Source: Candidatus Helarchaeota archaeon (GTDB lineage Archaea > Asgardarchaeota > Lokiarchaeia > Helarchaeales > RDOG01). Taken from it: a stretch of DNA of 64,000 nucleotides. The notes beneath the pieces were generated by a model that saw only the letters and a program-made list of their open reading frames with translations, ran no database searches and was not told the origin of the DNA. Below, piece after piece: positions 1 through 9,966 of this stretch. A program made the position numbers and the translations under genes. The DNA is taken from the NCBI GenBank assembly GCA_019058315.1, contig JAHPZH010000008.1, forward strand, positions 32,001-96,000. The letters run 5' to 3'. Numbering within the stretch: position 1 is the first letter of the stretch; every line of letters begins with the position of its first letter.

Positions 1-746
1 TCGCTTATTGCAATAATTTTACAATTATGTTCTTCATATAGAAGTATGGCAACAGTAGACCCTACATTTCCAAATCCTTGAACTGCCACTGTACAATTTT
101 CATCTAATTTAAATCCTTTTTTTTCATGCATTTTTTCAATTACATAGAGCAGACCACGACCTGTGGCTTCTTCACGACCGAGAGAACCTCCGAGCTCTAC
201 TGGTTTACCTGTTACAACCCCTAGAGTAGTCTCGCCGACATCCATAGAATATGTATCCATAAACCATGCCATTATCTGTTTGTTAGTATTCATATCCGGA
301 GCAGGTATATCTTTATGTGGTCCTATCATCCGAATAATAGCAGATGTATACCGTCTTGTTAAACGTTCCAATTCTTTTTTCGATAATTTTCTAGGATCAA
401 CTGTCACCCCCCCTTTTGCACCACCATAAGGCAATCCAACAACAGCAGTTTTTATACTCATCCAAAATGCAAGTGCTTTAACCTCATCTAAATTTACAGT
501 AGTCGCATAACGAATCCCACCTTTACATGGACCTAAAACATCATTATGCTGTACTCTGTAGCCAGTAAAAACATCGATTTCTCCATCGTCCATAACTACT
601 GGAAGTGATACAATGTAAATCCTCGCACAGTGGCTTAAGTATTCATAAATCCCTTCTGAGAGCTTTAGTTTATCAGCGGCAATTTTTAATTGCTTCATAG
701 CATTATCATATGCTGAAATTTCCTTTTTGATAGAATTGTTTTTCAT
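1..746 (-). CDS. gdhA: Glu/Leu/Phe/Val dehydrogenase (glutamate dehydrogenase), 3' end outside the window
   Basis: Not in the ORF track. Read by hand from ATG at 746 behind a GGGTGA SD: [13 protein letters not shown]...[19 protein letters not shown]...LPYGGAKGG...APDMNT...[13 protein letters not shown]...VQGFGNVG. Confidence 0.92.
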   Translation of the reverse strand, partial: MKNNSIKKEISAYDNAMKQLKIAADKLKLSEGIYEYLSHCARIYIVSLPVVMDDGEIDVFTGYRVQHNDVLGPCKGGIRYATTVNLDEVKALAFWMSIKTAVVGLPYGGAKGGVTVDPRKLSKKELERLTRRYTSAIIRMIGPHKDIPAPDMNTNKQIMAWFMDTYSMDVGETTLGVVTGKPVELGGSLGREEATGRGLLYVIEKMHEKKGFKLDENCTVAVQGFGNVGSTVAILLYEEHNCKIIAIS

Positions 747-819
747 TTTTTCACCCATTAGTTTCAGTATTTAAATGCAATAATTACTATCCTATTAAAT
801 ACAAATTATCATAAAATTA

Positions 820-1716
820 TTGGAAGAAATATTGGAGGAAGCAATTATTATTCTTATCAATCAAAACACCAATGTATTAGTACAAGGAATAACTGGAAGA
901 GAAGGACGTTTTAATACTGAACAAATGATAGATTATGGAACAAAGATACTAGCTGGGGTAACTCCTGGTAAAGGTGGCTCTGAAATATTAGAGATCCCAG
1001 TTTTCAATAAGATTCATGAAGCATTGGAATCCTATCCTCAGATTAATGCGACAATTTTATTCGTTCCTGCTAAATTTTGTAAAGACGCAGCATTGGAAGC
1101 AATAGATGCGAATATACCATTAATTGTAATAATAACGGAAGGACTGCCGTTATTGGATGAGATTAATTTAATCAATATGGCTAAAAAGAATAATTTAACG
1201 GTAATCGGACCTAATACAGCAGGAATAATAAGTCCCAAAGCAAGATGTAAATTAGGAATAATGCCAGTAAAATTCTTCCCGGAGGGGCAAATAGGAATAT
1301 GCTCGAGAAGCGGTACATTAATGTATGAAATTGCTAATAATTTAAAAGATTTTGGAATCTCAACAGCAGTTGGTATAGGAGGAGATCCTGCTATTGGGTC
1401 GAATTTCATTGAGATTTTACAAATGTTTGAAGAAGACTATGAGACTAAAGCAATCGTGTTAATTGGAGAGATTGGAGGAAATATGGAAGAAAAAGCTGCA
1501 GAATTCATTAAAAACCAAGTAAATAAGCCTGTAATTGGATATATTGCAGGGAGGACGATAACAATAAAGGGTAAGAGATTTGGACATGCAGGAGCATTGA
1601 TTTCAGCTGGAGGATATGGGACAGCACAACATAAAATTAGAGAATTAAAATCTGTTGGTGTGAGAATAGCAGAAATTCCGAGTGAAATACCAGAACATAT
1701 TAGAGAATTATTATAG
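820..1716 (+). CDS. sucD: Succinyl-CoA synthetase alpha subunit (real start probably at 832 or 844)
   Basis: VLVQGITG, GPNTAG, SRSGTL, GIGGD, GEIGG and the phospho-His motif GHAGA; adjacent to sucC. Confidence 0.93.
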   Translation: MEEILEEAIIILINQNTNVLVQGITGREGRFNTEQMIDYGTKILAGVTPGKGGSEILEIPVFNKIHEALESYPQINATILFVPAKFCKDAALEAIDANIPLIVIITEGLPLLDEINLINMAKKNNLTVIGPNTAGIISPKARCKLGIMPVKFFPEGQIGICSRSGTLMYEIANNLKDFGISTAVGIGGDPAIGSNFIEILQMFEEDYETKAIVLIGEIGGNMEEKAAEFIKNQVNKPVIGYIAGRTITIKGKRFGHAGALISAGGYGTAQHKIRELKSVGVRIAEIPSEIPEHIRELL

Positions 1717-1725
1717 TGGGTAATA

Positions 1726-2850
1726 ATGGTAAGATTATACGAGTTTGAGTCAAAAAAAATTTTAGCTAATTATGGGATTTTAGTTCCAGAGAATTATTTG
1801 GTTAGTTCCATTGATGAATTAAGAGATAATATTAAAAAAATTGATTTTCCTGTAATGGTAAAGGCACAAGTTCTTATAGGTGGTCGTGGCAAATCGGGTG
1901 GGATCAAAGGGGCAGATACTCCAGAAGAAGCTTTTTCAATTGCTAATGTATTATTCAAAACTAAAATCAAAGATTATGAAGTTAAATCATTACTAATCGA
2001 AAAAAAGATAGATATTCAAGATGAAATCTATATTGGAATAACAGTAGATCGCTTGAATCAGAATTTTGTTTTAATTTTTAGTGCAAGTGGAGGAGTTGAA
2101 ATTGAAGATTTAGCAAAAGCTGATCCTGAAAAGATTATCAAAATTAATTTTAAATCATACGAATTCGACGATATTGATTTAAAAACACATTTAAAAGCAA
2201 TAAATTATTCTCAAGAAATAATTTTCCAAATCAATGAATTAACTCACCAGTTATGGAGAATTATGAATGATTATGATCTAGATTTAATTGAAATAAATCC
2301 TTCTATCCTCTCGAAAGATGGTAAATTATATGCAGCTGATGCTCGTGTTAATGTAGATGATAATTCAATCTTTCGACATGAGGAATTCATTGCTAGAACA
2401 AAAGAAGGATTAACTCAATCAGAAATTCAAGTAAAAGAAAAGGGGATGTCTTATGTTGAATTAGATGGTAATATTGGAATAATTTGCAATGGGGCAGGAT
2501 TGGTAATGGCTACTATAGATACTGTTAGACATTATGGAGGAACTCCAGCAAATTTCCTTGATATTGGTGGCGGTGCAACAAGGGAGAGAATTTTATTTGC
2601 TTTAGAAGTAATTTCATCGAATCCAAGAATTAAAGGAATTTTAGTAAATATTGTAGGTGGAATTACTCGTTGTGATGAAATAGCACTTGGAATTATAGAA
2701 TTTTTAAAAAATAAGAAAGAAATTTCCATGGTAATAAGGTTAGTAGGAACTAAAGAGAAAGAAGGTAAAGAATTATTAGCACAACATGGGATACCAATGT
2801 TAGAAACAATGGAGGAGGCAATAAAAAAAGTACTTGAGCTTGTTTCCTAA
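1726..2850 (+). CDS. sucC: Succinyl-CoA synthetase beta subunit
   Basis: LYEFESK, VKAQV..GGRGKSGG, EINP, NGAGLVMAT, PANFLDIGGG, NIVGGITRCD. Confidence 0.93.
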   Translation: MVRLYEFESKKILANYGILVPENYLVSSIDELRDNIKKIDFPVMVKAQVLIGGRGKSGGIKGADTPEEAFSIANVLFKTKIKDYEVKSLLIEKKIDIQDEIYIGITVDRLNQNFVLIFSASGGVEIEDLAKADPEKIIKINFKSYEFDDIDLKTHLKAINYSQEIIFQINELTHQLWRIMNDYDLDLIEINPSILSKDGKLYAADARVNVDDNSIFRHEEFIARTKEGLTQSEIQVKEKGMSYVELDGNIGIICNGAGLVMATIDTVRHYGGTPANFLDIGGGATRERILFALEVISSNPRIKGILVNIVGGITRCDEIALGIIEFLKNKKEISMVIRLVGTKEKEGKELLAQHGIPMLETMEEAIKKVLELVS

Positions 2851-2880
2851 AAAGGATTGAAATAATAAGGAAAAAAAGTT

Positions 2881-3780
2881 CTATAAATTTTTTAAATAGA
2901 TTTTATGTTTCCCTAATTTTCCACCGAAATTTCCAGCAGATATTTTCATTAATCCAGGCGCATCTTTCACTGCTTCAATAATACGTTTCATGGCTAATTT
3001 TACATGATCCATATCTATGCCGTTAATGACAATTTCAGGAATTGATTTTACCCCTTTTGGAACTTTTGAGTCATCAATTTTTCCTCTGAGAGTTGGACAA
3101 AACCAATGGTTTGTTGTGGGACCTATTTCTGGAAAATTAGTTTCAACTTTGGACCCCGCAGAACATATATCGAATGATGTAATAGCTCCATCTAGTTGTA
3201 ATATAGTGTCTACTGCCTTATCCCCTGCATTTAAAGCACTATCAATACTATCGCAAAAGAACCAAAGATTTCCGCCCATTACACCGTGTTGATATCCAAT
3301 ATTTTCCTCTATTAAAAAATCTTGACCAAACATAATAGGAACAGAGATAAGTTTCTTTCCATATTTTTCAATTATTTCTTCAAAACCATCTCCACAATGC
3401 CCAACATTATTCATCATATTAAAATAATTTTTAGACTCAAGCGAATTGAAAATTGCAGTTGTAGGAACAACCAAAATTCCTTGTCTTGATCTCCTTCCTA
3501 ATTTATCATATAAAGTATCTATGGATTTTTTATTATAACCCGTAGTCCAAAGTTGTACAATAGCTCCTGGTCTCCCATCTGGGGTTTCATTATTCTGTAC
3601 CCACTTTACTAAACCCCCTTCTGCATCACCAAATACAGTTGATGGAAGAGCAGTAAAACTATACACGGCCTTTTTTAATAATTTATCATTTTTAGCTGTA
3701 ACTAATAGTTGACAGACTGTCCCATCAAAGGCTTCTGCATATGTATCTTCAATTTCTATAATTTCAGTTCCCCTTGACAA
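2881..3780 (-). CDS. ftr: Formylmethanofuran--tetrahydromethanopterin N-formyltransferase
   Basis: IEDTYAEAF, TPDGRPG, GDGFE, GVMGGN, SAGSK, TTNHWFCPTLR, EIVINGI, ISAGNFGGKLG. Confidence 0.93.
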   Translation of the reverse strand: MSRGTEIIEIEDTYAEAFDGTVCQLLVTAKNDKLLKKAVYSFTALPSTVFGDAEGGLVKWVQNNETPDGRPGAIVQLWTTGYNKKSIDTLYDKLGRRSRQGILVVPTTAIFNSLESKNYFNMMNNVGHCGDGFEEIIEKYGKKLISVPIMFGQDFLIEENIGYQHGVMGGNLWFFCDSIDSALNAGDKAVDTILQLDGAITSFDICSAGSKVETNFPEIGPTTNHWFCPTLRGKIDDSKVPKGVKSIPEIVINGIDMDHVKLAMKRIIEAVKDAPGLMKISAGNFGGKLGKHKIYLKNL

Positions 3781-3789
3781 ATTTTTTAT

Positions 3790-5151
3790 TTATAATTTAT
3801 CAATATATCTTTCGAATTCCCAATCACTAATTTGTGTTCTATAAGCATCCCACTCTGCCCATTTTACGTCTAGAAAATTTTTAAATAACTTTTCACCAAG
3901 AATTTTTTTCATTGTTTGACTGTTTTCCATTTCATGCAAAGCTTCAGCGAGTGATTCGGGTAGGGAAACAATATTCATTTTGGCTCTTTCTTCATAGGAT
4001 AGTTTATATACATTCATGTCAGTAGGCTCAGGAGGATTAATTTTTTCTTGAATACCTAATAAACCAGTTCCCAAAAGAACAGCAAACTGGAGATAGGGGT
4101 TTCCTGCCGGATCTGGACATCTTATTTCCATACGGGCAGCTTTTTTCCTTTTACCAAAATCTGGGACTCGAATTAGGGGTGAACGATTTTTATGCCCCCA
4201 AGCCATGTAAACTGGTGCTTCATAACCTGGTACTAACCTTTTATAAGAATTTGGCCATGATGCTAAAATTGCACTCATTTGACGACCATATTTCAATTGA
4301 CCGCCTATAAAGTAAAATGCAATTTCTGATAAATGTGATTTTTCAGGATCCTCCGAATAAAACGCATTTTGATCATCTAGAGTCCATAAACTCTGATGAA
4401 CGTGCATACCAGAGCCATTTACGCCAAAGAATGGTTTTGGCATAAAAGTAGCAAGATATCCATTTCTAGCTGCTGTTCCTTTTATTATAGATTTCATGGT
4501 TATTGTTCTGTCAGCAGTTGTGACTGCTTCATCATATTTAAAATCAATTTCATTCTGTCCTAATGCAACTTCATGATGTGCAACTTCTACGGTTATGCCA
4601 AATTTTTCTGCAATATCACACATCTCTCTTCTTAAATTCTCCGTAATATCCCCAGGATGTAGATCAAAATACCCCTTCATATCAAGAGGTTGTGGTGTCC
4701 GAAATTCCGTCTCTTCTTCTGTTAAAATAAAAAATTCCAGTTCAGGAGCACATTTATATATATAACCTTCCTCTTTTGCTCTATTTACTGCTTTTTGTAA
4801 GATATATCGCGGATCTGCCTCAAATCTAGAGGACCCGTCATAAATATCGCAGATTAAACGACACGTCGATATTTCTTCTTCTCTCCATGGAATAATTGCA
4901 AAAGTAGTTGGATCGGGAATAGCAATCATATCGGATTCTTCTATACTACCATAACCAGTGATGGATGAGCCATCGAAATATTGTCCATTTTCCATAGTTT
5001 CCTCTATATTTTTAGTGGAAACTGAAAAACTTTTAATAATTCCATTAATATCGATAAATTGCAGCCTTACAAATTTTATATTCTTTGTTCTTATGGTCTT
5101 TATTACCTGTTCTACATATTCTGGTCTTTTCTTGTCTTTTAGATCAATCAT
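3790..5151 (-). CDS. glnA: Glutamine synthetase type I
   Basis: FDGSSI, ELEFF, HHEVA..QNEI, TFMPKP..GVNGSGMHVH, SYKRLVPGYEAP, NRS..IRVP, RMEIRCPD. Start placed at ATG 5151, 5 nt after a GAAGTGA SD. Confidence 0.95.
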   Translation of the reverse strand: MIDLKDKKRPEYVEQVIKTIRTKNIKFVRLQFIDINGIIKSFSVSTKNIEETMENGQYFDGSSITGYGSIEESDMIAIPDPTTFAIIPWREEEISTCRLICDIYDGSSRFEADPRYILQKAVNRAKEEGYIYKCAPELEFFILTEEETEFRTPQPLDMKGYFDLHPGDITENLRREMCDIAEKFGITVEVAHHEVALGQNEIDFKYDEAVTTADRTITMKSIIKGTAARNGYLATFMPKPFFGVNGSGMHVHQSLWTLDDQNAFYSEDPEKSHLSEIAFYFIGGQLKYGRQMSAILASWPNSYKRLVPGYEAPVYMAWGHKNRSPLIRVPDFGKRKKAARMEIRCPDPAGNPYLQFAVLLGTGLLGIQEKINPPEPTDMNVYKLSYEERAKMNIVSLPESLAEALHEMENSQTMKKILGEKLFKNFLDVKWAEWDAYRTQISDWEFERYIDKL

Positions 5152-5377
5152 AAAATTCACTTCCATAACTTAATTATTAATAATATCTTTTGATTGCAAT
5201 TCTTTTTAATTAATAAAAATAGTGTTTTAATTATTACATTTTATTCTTTAATTATTGATTCTAATATTATGAGGGATTTAAATTAAATGTCTGTTAAAAA
5301 GAAGAGCATAACGAAAAAAAGGGAAGAAGCTAGAGGAAAAAGGAAATCTAAATGAAAGAAACTGGTAAAGATAATCT

Positions 5378-6628
5378 ATGAAAGGAATTTATAAGAGCTA
5401 TCGGAAATATAAAAATGTAATTGATAAAAAACTCTTTCTACCAAAATTTCTATGGAATTGGTTAGACTCTAAAATTAATTCATTTATTCCAAAAGCTTAC
5501 CCATTTCGTGAAGTAGTATTATATTTTTTAAAATATATTAGTGGAACACCAGAGATTTATCCTTATATGCCCTCAAATTCATCGGGATATTTATATGATG
5601 GACATATTCACTCGACTGGCTCAGATGGGAGAAACACAATCGAGGAAATAGTAAAATATATATCAAAGGTTAAATACAAGGGCAGATGGCTTTTAGATGG
5701 GATTTCTCTTTCAGATCATAGCCTGGATCCAAAACATGAGATAGTTAAAACTTTCAAAGGATATGGAAATGAAAAAATTATAAGAGATAGTTATAAATTT
5801 GCAGAAATTATAAAAGAATATAAAAAAATGGGAAAATTACCGGAACATTTTATGACTTTTAACGGTTCAGGGGAATTTAATACTGGTCATTTTGAAGATG
5901 AAGATAGTTGGCATCGTGAAATATTAGTATATGGGGTTCCAGAAAATTTTGTTGAAAAATTGGGAGGATGTGCAGATAAAATTGCCTTTATGCAACCTGT
6001 GGAATTTATTGAAAAAGTTCATGAAGAAAATGGGATAGCAATTTTAGCTCACCCCTTCGCACCGCCTGGAATCCATGATAATTTAGAGGCATGGAAAAAG
6101 GCAGATGGAATTGAGTCAATTAATGCAGTATCTGGAATGCCTTGTGATGCTATGGTAGCGGAAAATCTCTATAGATTGTTGAAACGTGAAACTAAATACC
6201 CAAAAGTCTTAAAAGATGGCTCTAAAATAATAAAAAACTTACTACTTATAATAGGTTACATTAATTGGATTAGTGAACGCCTTGCAAAAAAGTGGAATGT
6301 TCCTGTTGTTGGAAATTCTGATGGACATGATGTAGCACTTATGGGGTGTGGCGTTACTCGAGTTAAAGAACCGCTAGAATCTCTGGAGGATTTCAGAAAT
6401 GCACTTAAAGAAAGAAAAACAGAGGCTATCTTTAATACACGTTGGCACTTTGGCAGAGATAGAGAAGAGGCAATTGAAGCAATGATGTTGGATGTTCAAC
6501 TGACTCTAGAAAAATGGGGACCAAATGTAATTTATAAGCCAAAAATGAATGTATTAGTTAGATTATTAAGTAGATTTCTCTCATTTGCTGTCAATATTCA
6601 TAATATAAATGCTAAAAAATTTAGATAA
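5378..6628 (+). CDS. PHP-domain metallophosphoesterase-like protein
   Basis: DGHIHS..SDG, LSDH, AHPF, IESIN and GNSDGH metal-ligand motifs. Confidence 0.8.
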   Translation: MKGIYKSYRKYKNVIDKKLFLPKFLWNWLDSKINSFIPKAYPFREVVLYFLKYISGTPEIYPYMPSNSSGYLYDGHIHSTGSDGRNTIEEIVKYISKVKYKGRWLLDGISLSDHSLDPKHEIVKTFKGYGNEKIIRDSYKFAEIIKEYKKMGKLPEHFMTFNGSGEFNTGHFEDEDSWHREILVYGVPENFVEKLGGCADKIAFMQPVEFIEKVHEENGIAILAHPFAPPGIHDNLEAWKKADGIESINAVSGMPCDAMVAENLYRLLKRETKYPKVLKDGSKIIKNLLLIIGYINWISERLAKKWNVPVVGNSDGHDVALMGCGVTRVKEPLESLEDFRNALKERKTEAIFNTRWHFGRDREEAIEAMMLDVQLTLEKWGPNVIYKPKMNVLVRLLSRFLSFAVNIHNINAKKFR

Positions 6629-6636
6629 TAAAAAAT

Positions 6637-7575
6637 TTATCCATGAAAATAAACTGACCCTAACTTATCTTGAGTACAGGATAAACATTTTTCTAAACCT
6701 GGTACTCCCATAGCATCAGCACGACACTGCTTACATACTCTAAATTGAGGCAAGTATTTGAGAGAGATACTTCTTGCTTTGTTTAATTGTTCAGCTGTGG
6801 GTTTGGGCATATATTTAAAAAGATATATGGGTATTAGTGGAATAATATTATGTATTACAGCCCCTCGCTTTGCTGCCTCTAGAGAAATTTTCTCTATTTC
6901 ATCAGAATTAATTTCTGGGATTAAAACGGTGTTAATCTTAACTAACATACCCGCAGCACTCGCTTTTTCAACCCCTTCCATTTGCTTTTCTAATAATAAT
7001 TTTGCACCATCTGTTCCTGTAAGTGTTTTATTTTTATAAATAACAAAGGCATAAATTTTACTTGCTACTTCAGGATCCACAGCATTAATAGTTACTGTTA
7101 CTGTTGAAACTCCCACTTTTTTTAATTCATCAACTTTTTCTGCTAGGAGTAATCCATTACTTGCAACACATTTAATTAAATGAGGAAATTCTTCATGAAC
7201 TAATCTAAAAGTTTCAAATGTATTTGGATTTGCTAGTGGCTCTCCCGGTCCCGCAATTCCAACCACCTTAATTTGAGGCATTTTTTTCAAAGCTGTTCTT
7301 AGAACCTCAAGAGATTCTATGGGTTTTAAAACACTTGCCGAAACTCCAGGTCTATTTTCGCTTTTATTGATATCCCTTTTACAATAGTTGCATTGTATAT
7401 TACACACAGGAGCTACGGGAAGATGAATTCTTCCTGTTTTAAAGTGTGCTCTCTCACTGTAACATGGATGAATTGATCTACTAATTAAATCTTCAATATA
7501 TTTACGATTAACTCCGTCAACCCTCGAAACATTTTTTAATCTGGAAATAATTTCCTCATTTGTTAATTCCGCTAT
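6637..7575 (-). CDS. nifB: Stand-alone NifB-like radical SAM protein (no NifX domain); start extended to ATA at 7575
   Basis: The frame is open 56 codons upstream of the track start and encodes HPCYSERAHFKTGRIHLPVAPVCNIQCNYC. Also ENRPG, GIAGPGEPLAN, and C-terminal CKQCRADAMG. Confidence 0.85.
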   Translation of the reverse strand: MAELTNEEIISRLKNVSRVDGVNRKYIEDLISRSIHPCYSERAHFKTGRIHLPVAPVCNIQCNYCKRDINKSENRPGVSASVLKPIESLEVLRTALKKMPQIKVVGIAGPGEPLANPNTFETFRLVHEEFPHLIKCVASNGLLLAEKVDELKKVGVSTVTVTINAVDPEVASKIYAFVIYKNKTLTGTDGAKLLLEKQMEGVEKASAAGMLVKINTVLIPEINSDEIEKISLEAAKRGAVIHNIIPLIPIYLFKYMPKPTAEQLNKARSISLKYLPQFRVCKQCRADAMGVPGLEKCLSCTQDKLGSVYFHG

Positions 7576-7667
7576 TTATATCACTTCTTAAAAAATTTGT
7601 TTGTTCCAATTAAAAAAGAAAAAATCATTTTTTTAACATTTCGACAACTATAATATTTATTACTTAG

Positions 7668-7943
7668 GTGAAGATTACGAATTTATCGAAAAAAATTAAA
7701 TATATTCGAGATACACTATTGGAAATTATTTCTCGACTTAATTTAGCATTTAATAAAAAGGCAAATTTTAAAAATTTAGCTACTGTACTTCATGAAAATA
7801 ATCTTATAAATGAAAACTATTACCAGAAAATCGTAACTCTCGATTCAATTAATGAAAAGGATTTAGGAAGTTTGGAATCATTAAAAATTGAATTAAATGA
7901 TATTCAATTATATTTAGAAATGCGGTTTTACCATTATATATAA
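7668..7943 (+). CDS. Small hypothetical helical protein
   Basis: 91-aa ORF filling an intergenic gap; no recognisable motif. Confidence 0.5.
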   Translation: MKITNLSKKIKYIRDTLLEIISRLNLAFNKKANFKNLATVLHENNLINENYYQKIVTLDSINEKDLGSLESLKIELNDIQLYLEMRFYHYI

Positions 7944-8045
7944 TTTTTTTAGTTTTCTCATAAAATGTGAACAATATTTTTTCCGAGCTTTTTTTCGAAA
8001 AATTCGTAAATTTTTTATATGATCACTTATTGAAATAATATAGAA

Positions 8046-8064
8046 TAGTCACAATTTGTGACTA
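8046..8064 (+). promoter_or_regulatory. Palindromic operator at the predicted transcription start of the Hsp20 gene
   Basis: Perfect inverted repeat TAGTCACAA-T-TTGTGACTA about 25 nt downstream of a BRE/TATA (CGTAAA-TTTTTTATAT, 8005-8020). Confidence 0.65.
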
Positions 8065-8103
8065 ATGAGAATTGATTAAAAATTTATTTTGAGGTGATTT
8101 TTA

Positions 8104-8568
8104 ATGGCTGAATCAAAAGATAAATTGGCTAAAAGATCAGGTAGGTATTTTGGAATTTTAAGACCTTTTCGTAGCTTTTTCGATGATATTTTCACGGATG
8201 ATTTTTTCTTAACACCTTTTGAGATGGAATTTCCCGAATTCAGATTTCCGTTAATGGACCTCAAGGAAGAAGAAAATCATTATATTTTAGAAACGGAAAT
8301 TCCAGGTCTTAGTAAGGATGAAATCAGTATTGAAGTGAAAAATAATAAATATGTTGAAATTAAAGGTGAAAAAATAGAACACGAAGTAGAGGAAGAAGAA
8401 GGAGAATATATTCATAAAGAACGAAGTAAAACCTCATTTTATCGTAGTTTATATTTGCCTTCAGAGATTGACAGTGAAAAAGTCGAAGCTATGTCAGAAA
8501 ATGGAGTATTAAAAATAACCTTTCCTAAAAAAGAAACAGAACCACCGAAAAAAATAGAAGTTAAATAA
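8104..8568 (+). CDS. Small heat shock protein (Hsp20/alpha-crystallin)
   Basis: EIPGLSKDEISI, ER...FYRSLYLP, A.SENGVLKITFPKK, C-terminal IEV; GAGGTGA SD; T-tracts downstream. Confidence 0.93.
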   Translation: MAESKDKLAKRSGRYFGILRPFRSFFDDIFTDDFFLTPFEMEFPEFRFPLMDLKEEENHYILETEIPGLSKDEISIEVKNNKYVEIKGEKIEHEVEEEEGEYIHKERSKTSFYRSLYLPSEIDSEKVEAMSENGVLKITFPKKETEPPKKIEVK

Positions 8569-8727
8569 TTTTACTATTATTTTTTCTATTTTTAATTTAT
8601 TTTTTTTTGATTATCAAATAATTCAAATATTTTTTTTAATTTATGCTGGAAAAAAAAACTGTACTAAAATTAAGAGGAAAAATAAAAAAAGGGGAAGAAA
8701 ACTGGTATATAGATTTTATTAAGACGT

Positions 8728-9966
8728 TTAAATCTTTTTCATGTATATCTTTTCAATAATTCCAATTATTTTTTTCAGTCCTTCTTTTAGATCTTCGTCT
8801 GGTAACGCCAAACTAATTCTAATACATTCTTTCGTATGATTCCATGGTTTTTTTAGTCCTAAGAAGAAGAATGATCCAGGTACAATGAACACTTTTTGTT
8901 TCTTTAACATTTCATATAATTGTAGATCACTTATTGGTAAGTTTTCGAACCATAACCACATAAAGAAGGTTCCTTTTCCCACATGAATATTAACTGGTAT
9001 GTCTGAATTCAGATTTTCTAGAATAATCTTTTCCGCAATTTCTCGTTTTCTTCTATATAATGGATTTACAATTTTTTCACATATATCCATTAATTTGCCA
9101 GATCTTAAACCATGCAGTGCTAATCCCTGACCCAAACGACTCGAATGTAGACATATATTTGATTGAATATTTTCAAGCTTACTAATTAGATCTGAGTTAC
9201 CCACAATCACTCCAATTCTAGATCCTGGGAGACCGGCTTTAGAGAATGAGAAAATATTTAAAATATTATCTCTAAAAATTGGTTTTGCTTTATGGAATTG
9301 TAAATTAGGAATTGGAGCAAGATATGCGCCATCCATAGTTACTATTGCCTCTTTTTCTGTTGCGATTCTTATAATATCTTTAACTTCGTTCTCAGATAAA
9401 ATGTTTCCAGTAGGATTATTTGGGCGTGATAATAAAATCATTCCTATATTTTCATCTATTAAATTCTTTATTTCTGGATTTAGACTATATTGAAATTTGT
9501 TTTCTTTAAGATATGTAATTTTAGGCTTCAGACCAATTATTGTATTAGGTTTAATAGGCAGTTTTTGATAACCAGTATATTCTGGCAATATTGGGCATAA
9601 GATCTTTTTAAATTCTCCGTGGGATTGTCCAGAAAAAGCATTTACCGCATAAAAATATGCAATTTGAGAGCCTGGAGTTACCAGAATGTTTGATTCATCA
9701 ATGTTCCACCCATAATATTTATTACAATACTGTGCAAATGTTTCCAAAAAAGGTTCATACCCAGGTGTTGAACCATATCTGCAAATTAATTCTCCAAATT
9801 CATCAGTCTTCATCATATCATTGCAATATTCCTTCCAAAGTTCATTCATTTCTTTTATTATAAGTGGATTGCCAGCAGCTAACAAATAGATTTTAGATTC
9901 ACTTGATTGTTTTATAGACTGCTTAATATCGGACATTATAGTCCGTACACCAGATTTGGCATTCAT
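8728..9966 (-). CDS. avtA: Valine--pyruvate aminotransferase (class I/II PLP enzyme)
   Basis: SGVRTIMSDI, LAAGNP, PGSQIAYFY..NAFSG, PEYTGY, SRPNNPTGN, DGAY, SFSKAGLPGSRIG, VPGSFFF, ECIRIS. Confidence 0.85.
   Translation of the reverse strand: MNAKSGVRTIMSDIKQSIKQSSESKIYLLAAGNPLIIKEMNELWKEYCNDMMKTDEFGELICRYGSTPGYEPFLETFAQYCNKYYGWNIDESNILVTPGSQIAYFYAVNAFSGQSHGEFKKILCPILPEYTGYQKLPIKPNTIIGLKPKITYLKENKFQYSLNPEIKNLIDENIGMILLSRPNNPTGNILSENEVKDIIRIATEKEAIVTMDGAYLAPIPNLQFHKAKPIFRDNILNIFSFSKAGLPGSRIGVIVGNSDLISKLENIQSNICLHSSRLGQGLALHGLRSGKLMDICEKIVNPLYRRKREIAEKIILENLNSDIPVNIHVGKGTFFMWLWFENLPISDLQLYEMLKKQKVFIVPGSFFFLGLKKPWNHTKECIRISLALPDEDLKEGLKKIIGIIEKIYMKKI

Noticed and set aside
163-429. Plus-strand 88-aa ORF and the other short track ORFs overlapping real genes (e.g. 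1038..1409, 3017..3292, 13232..13543, 35848..36108, 56447..56788, 59413..62984)
   Set aside because: All lie inside well-supported genes on the opposite strand or in another frame and lack motifs.
7390-7575. AUA reassigned to Met as an explanation for the ATA starts
   Set aside because: ATA encodes a conserved internal Ile (CNIQC), and the conserved Met positions checked in glnA use ATG.
6637-7575. Nitrogen fixation capability
   Set aside because: NifB alone is insufficient; no nifH/D/K/E/N in the window.
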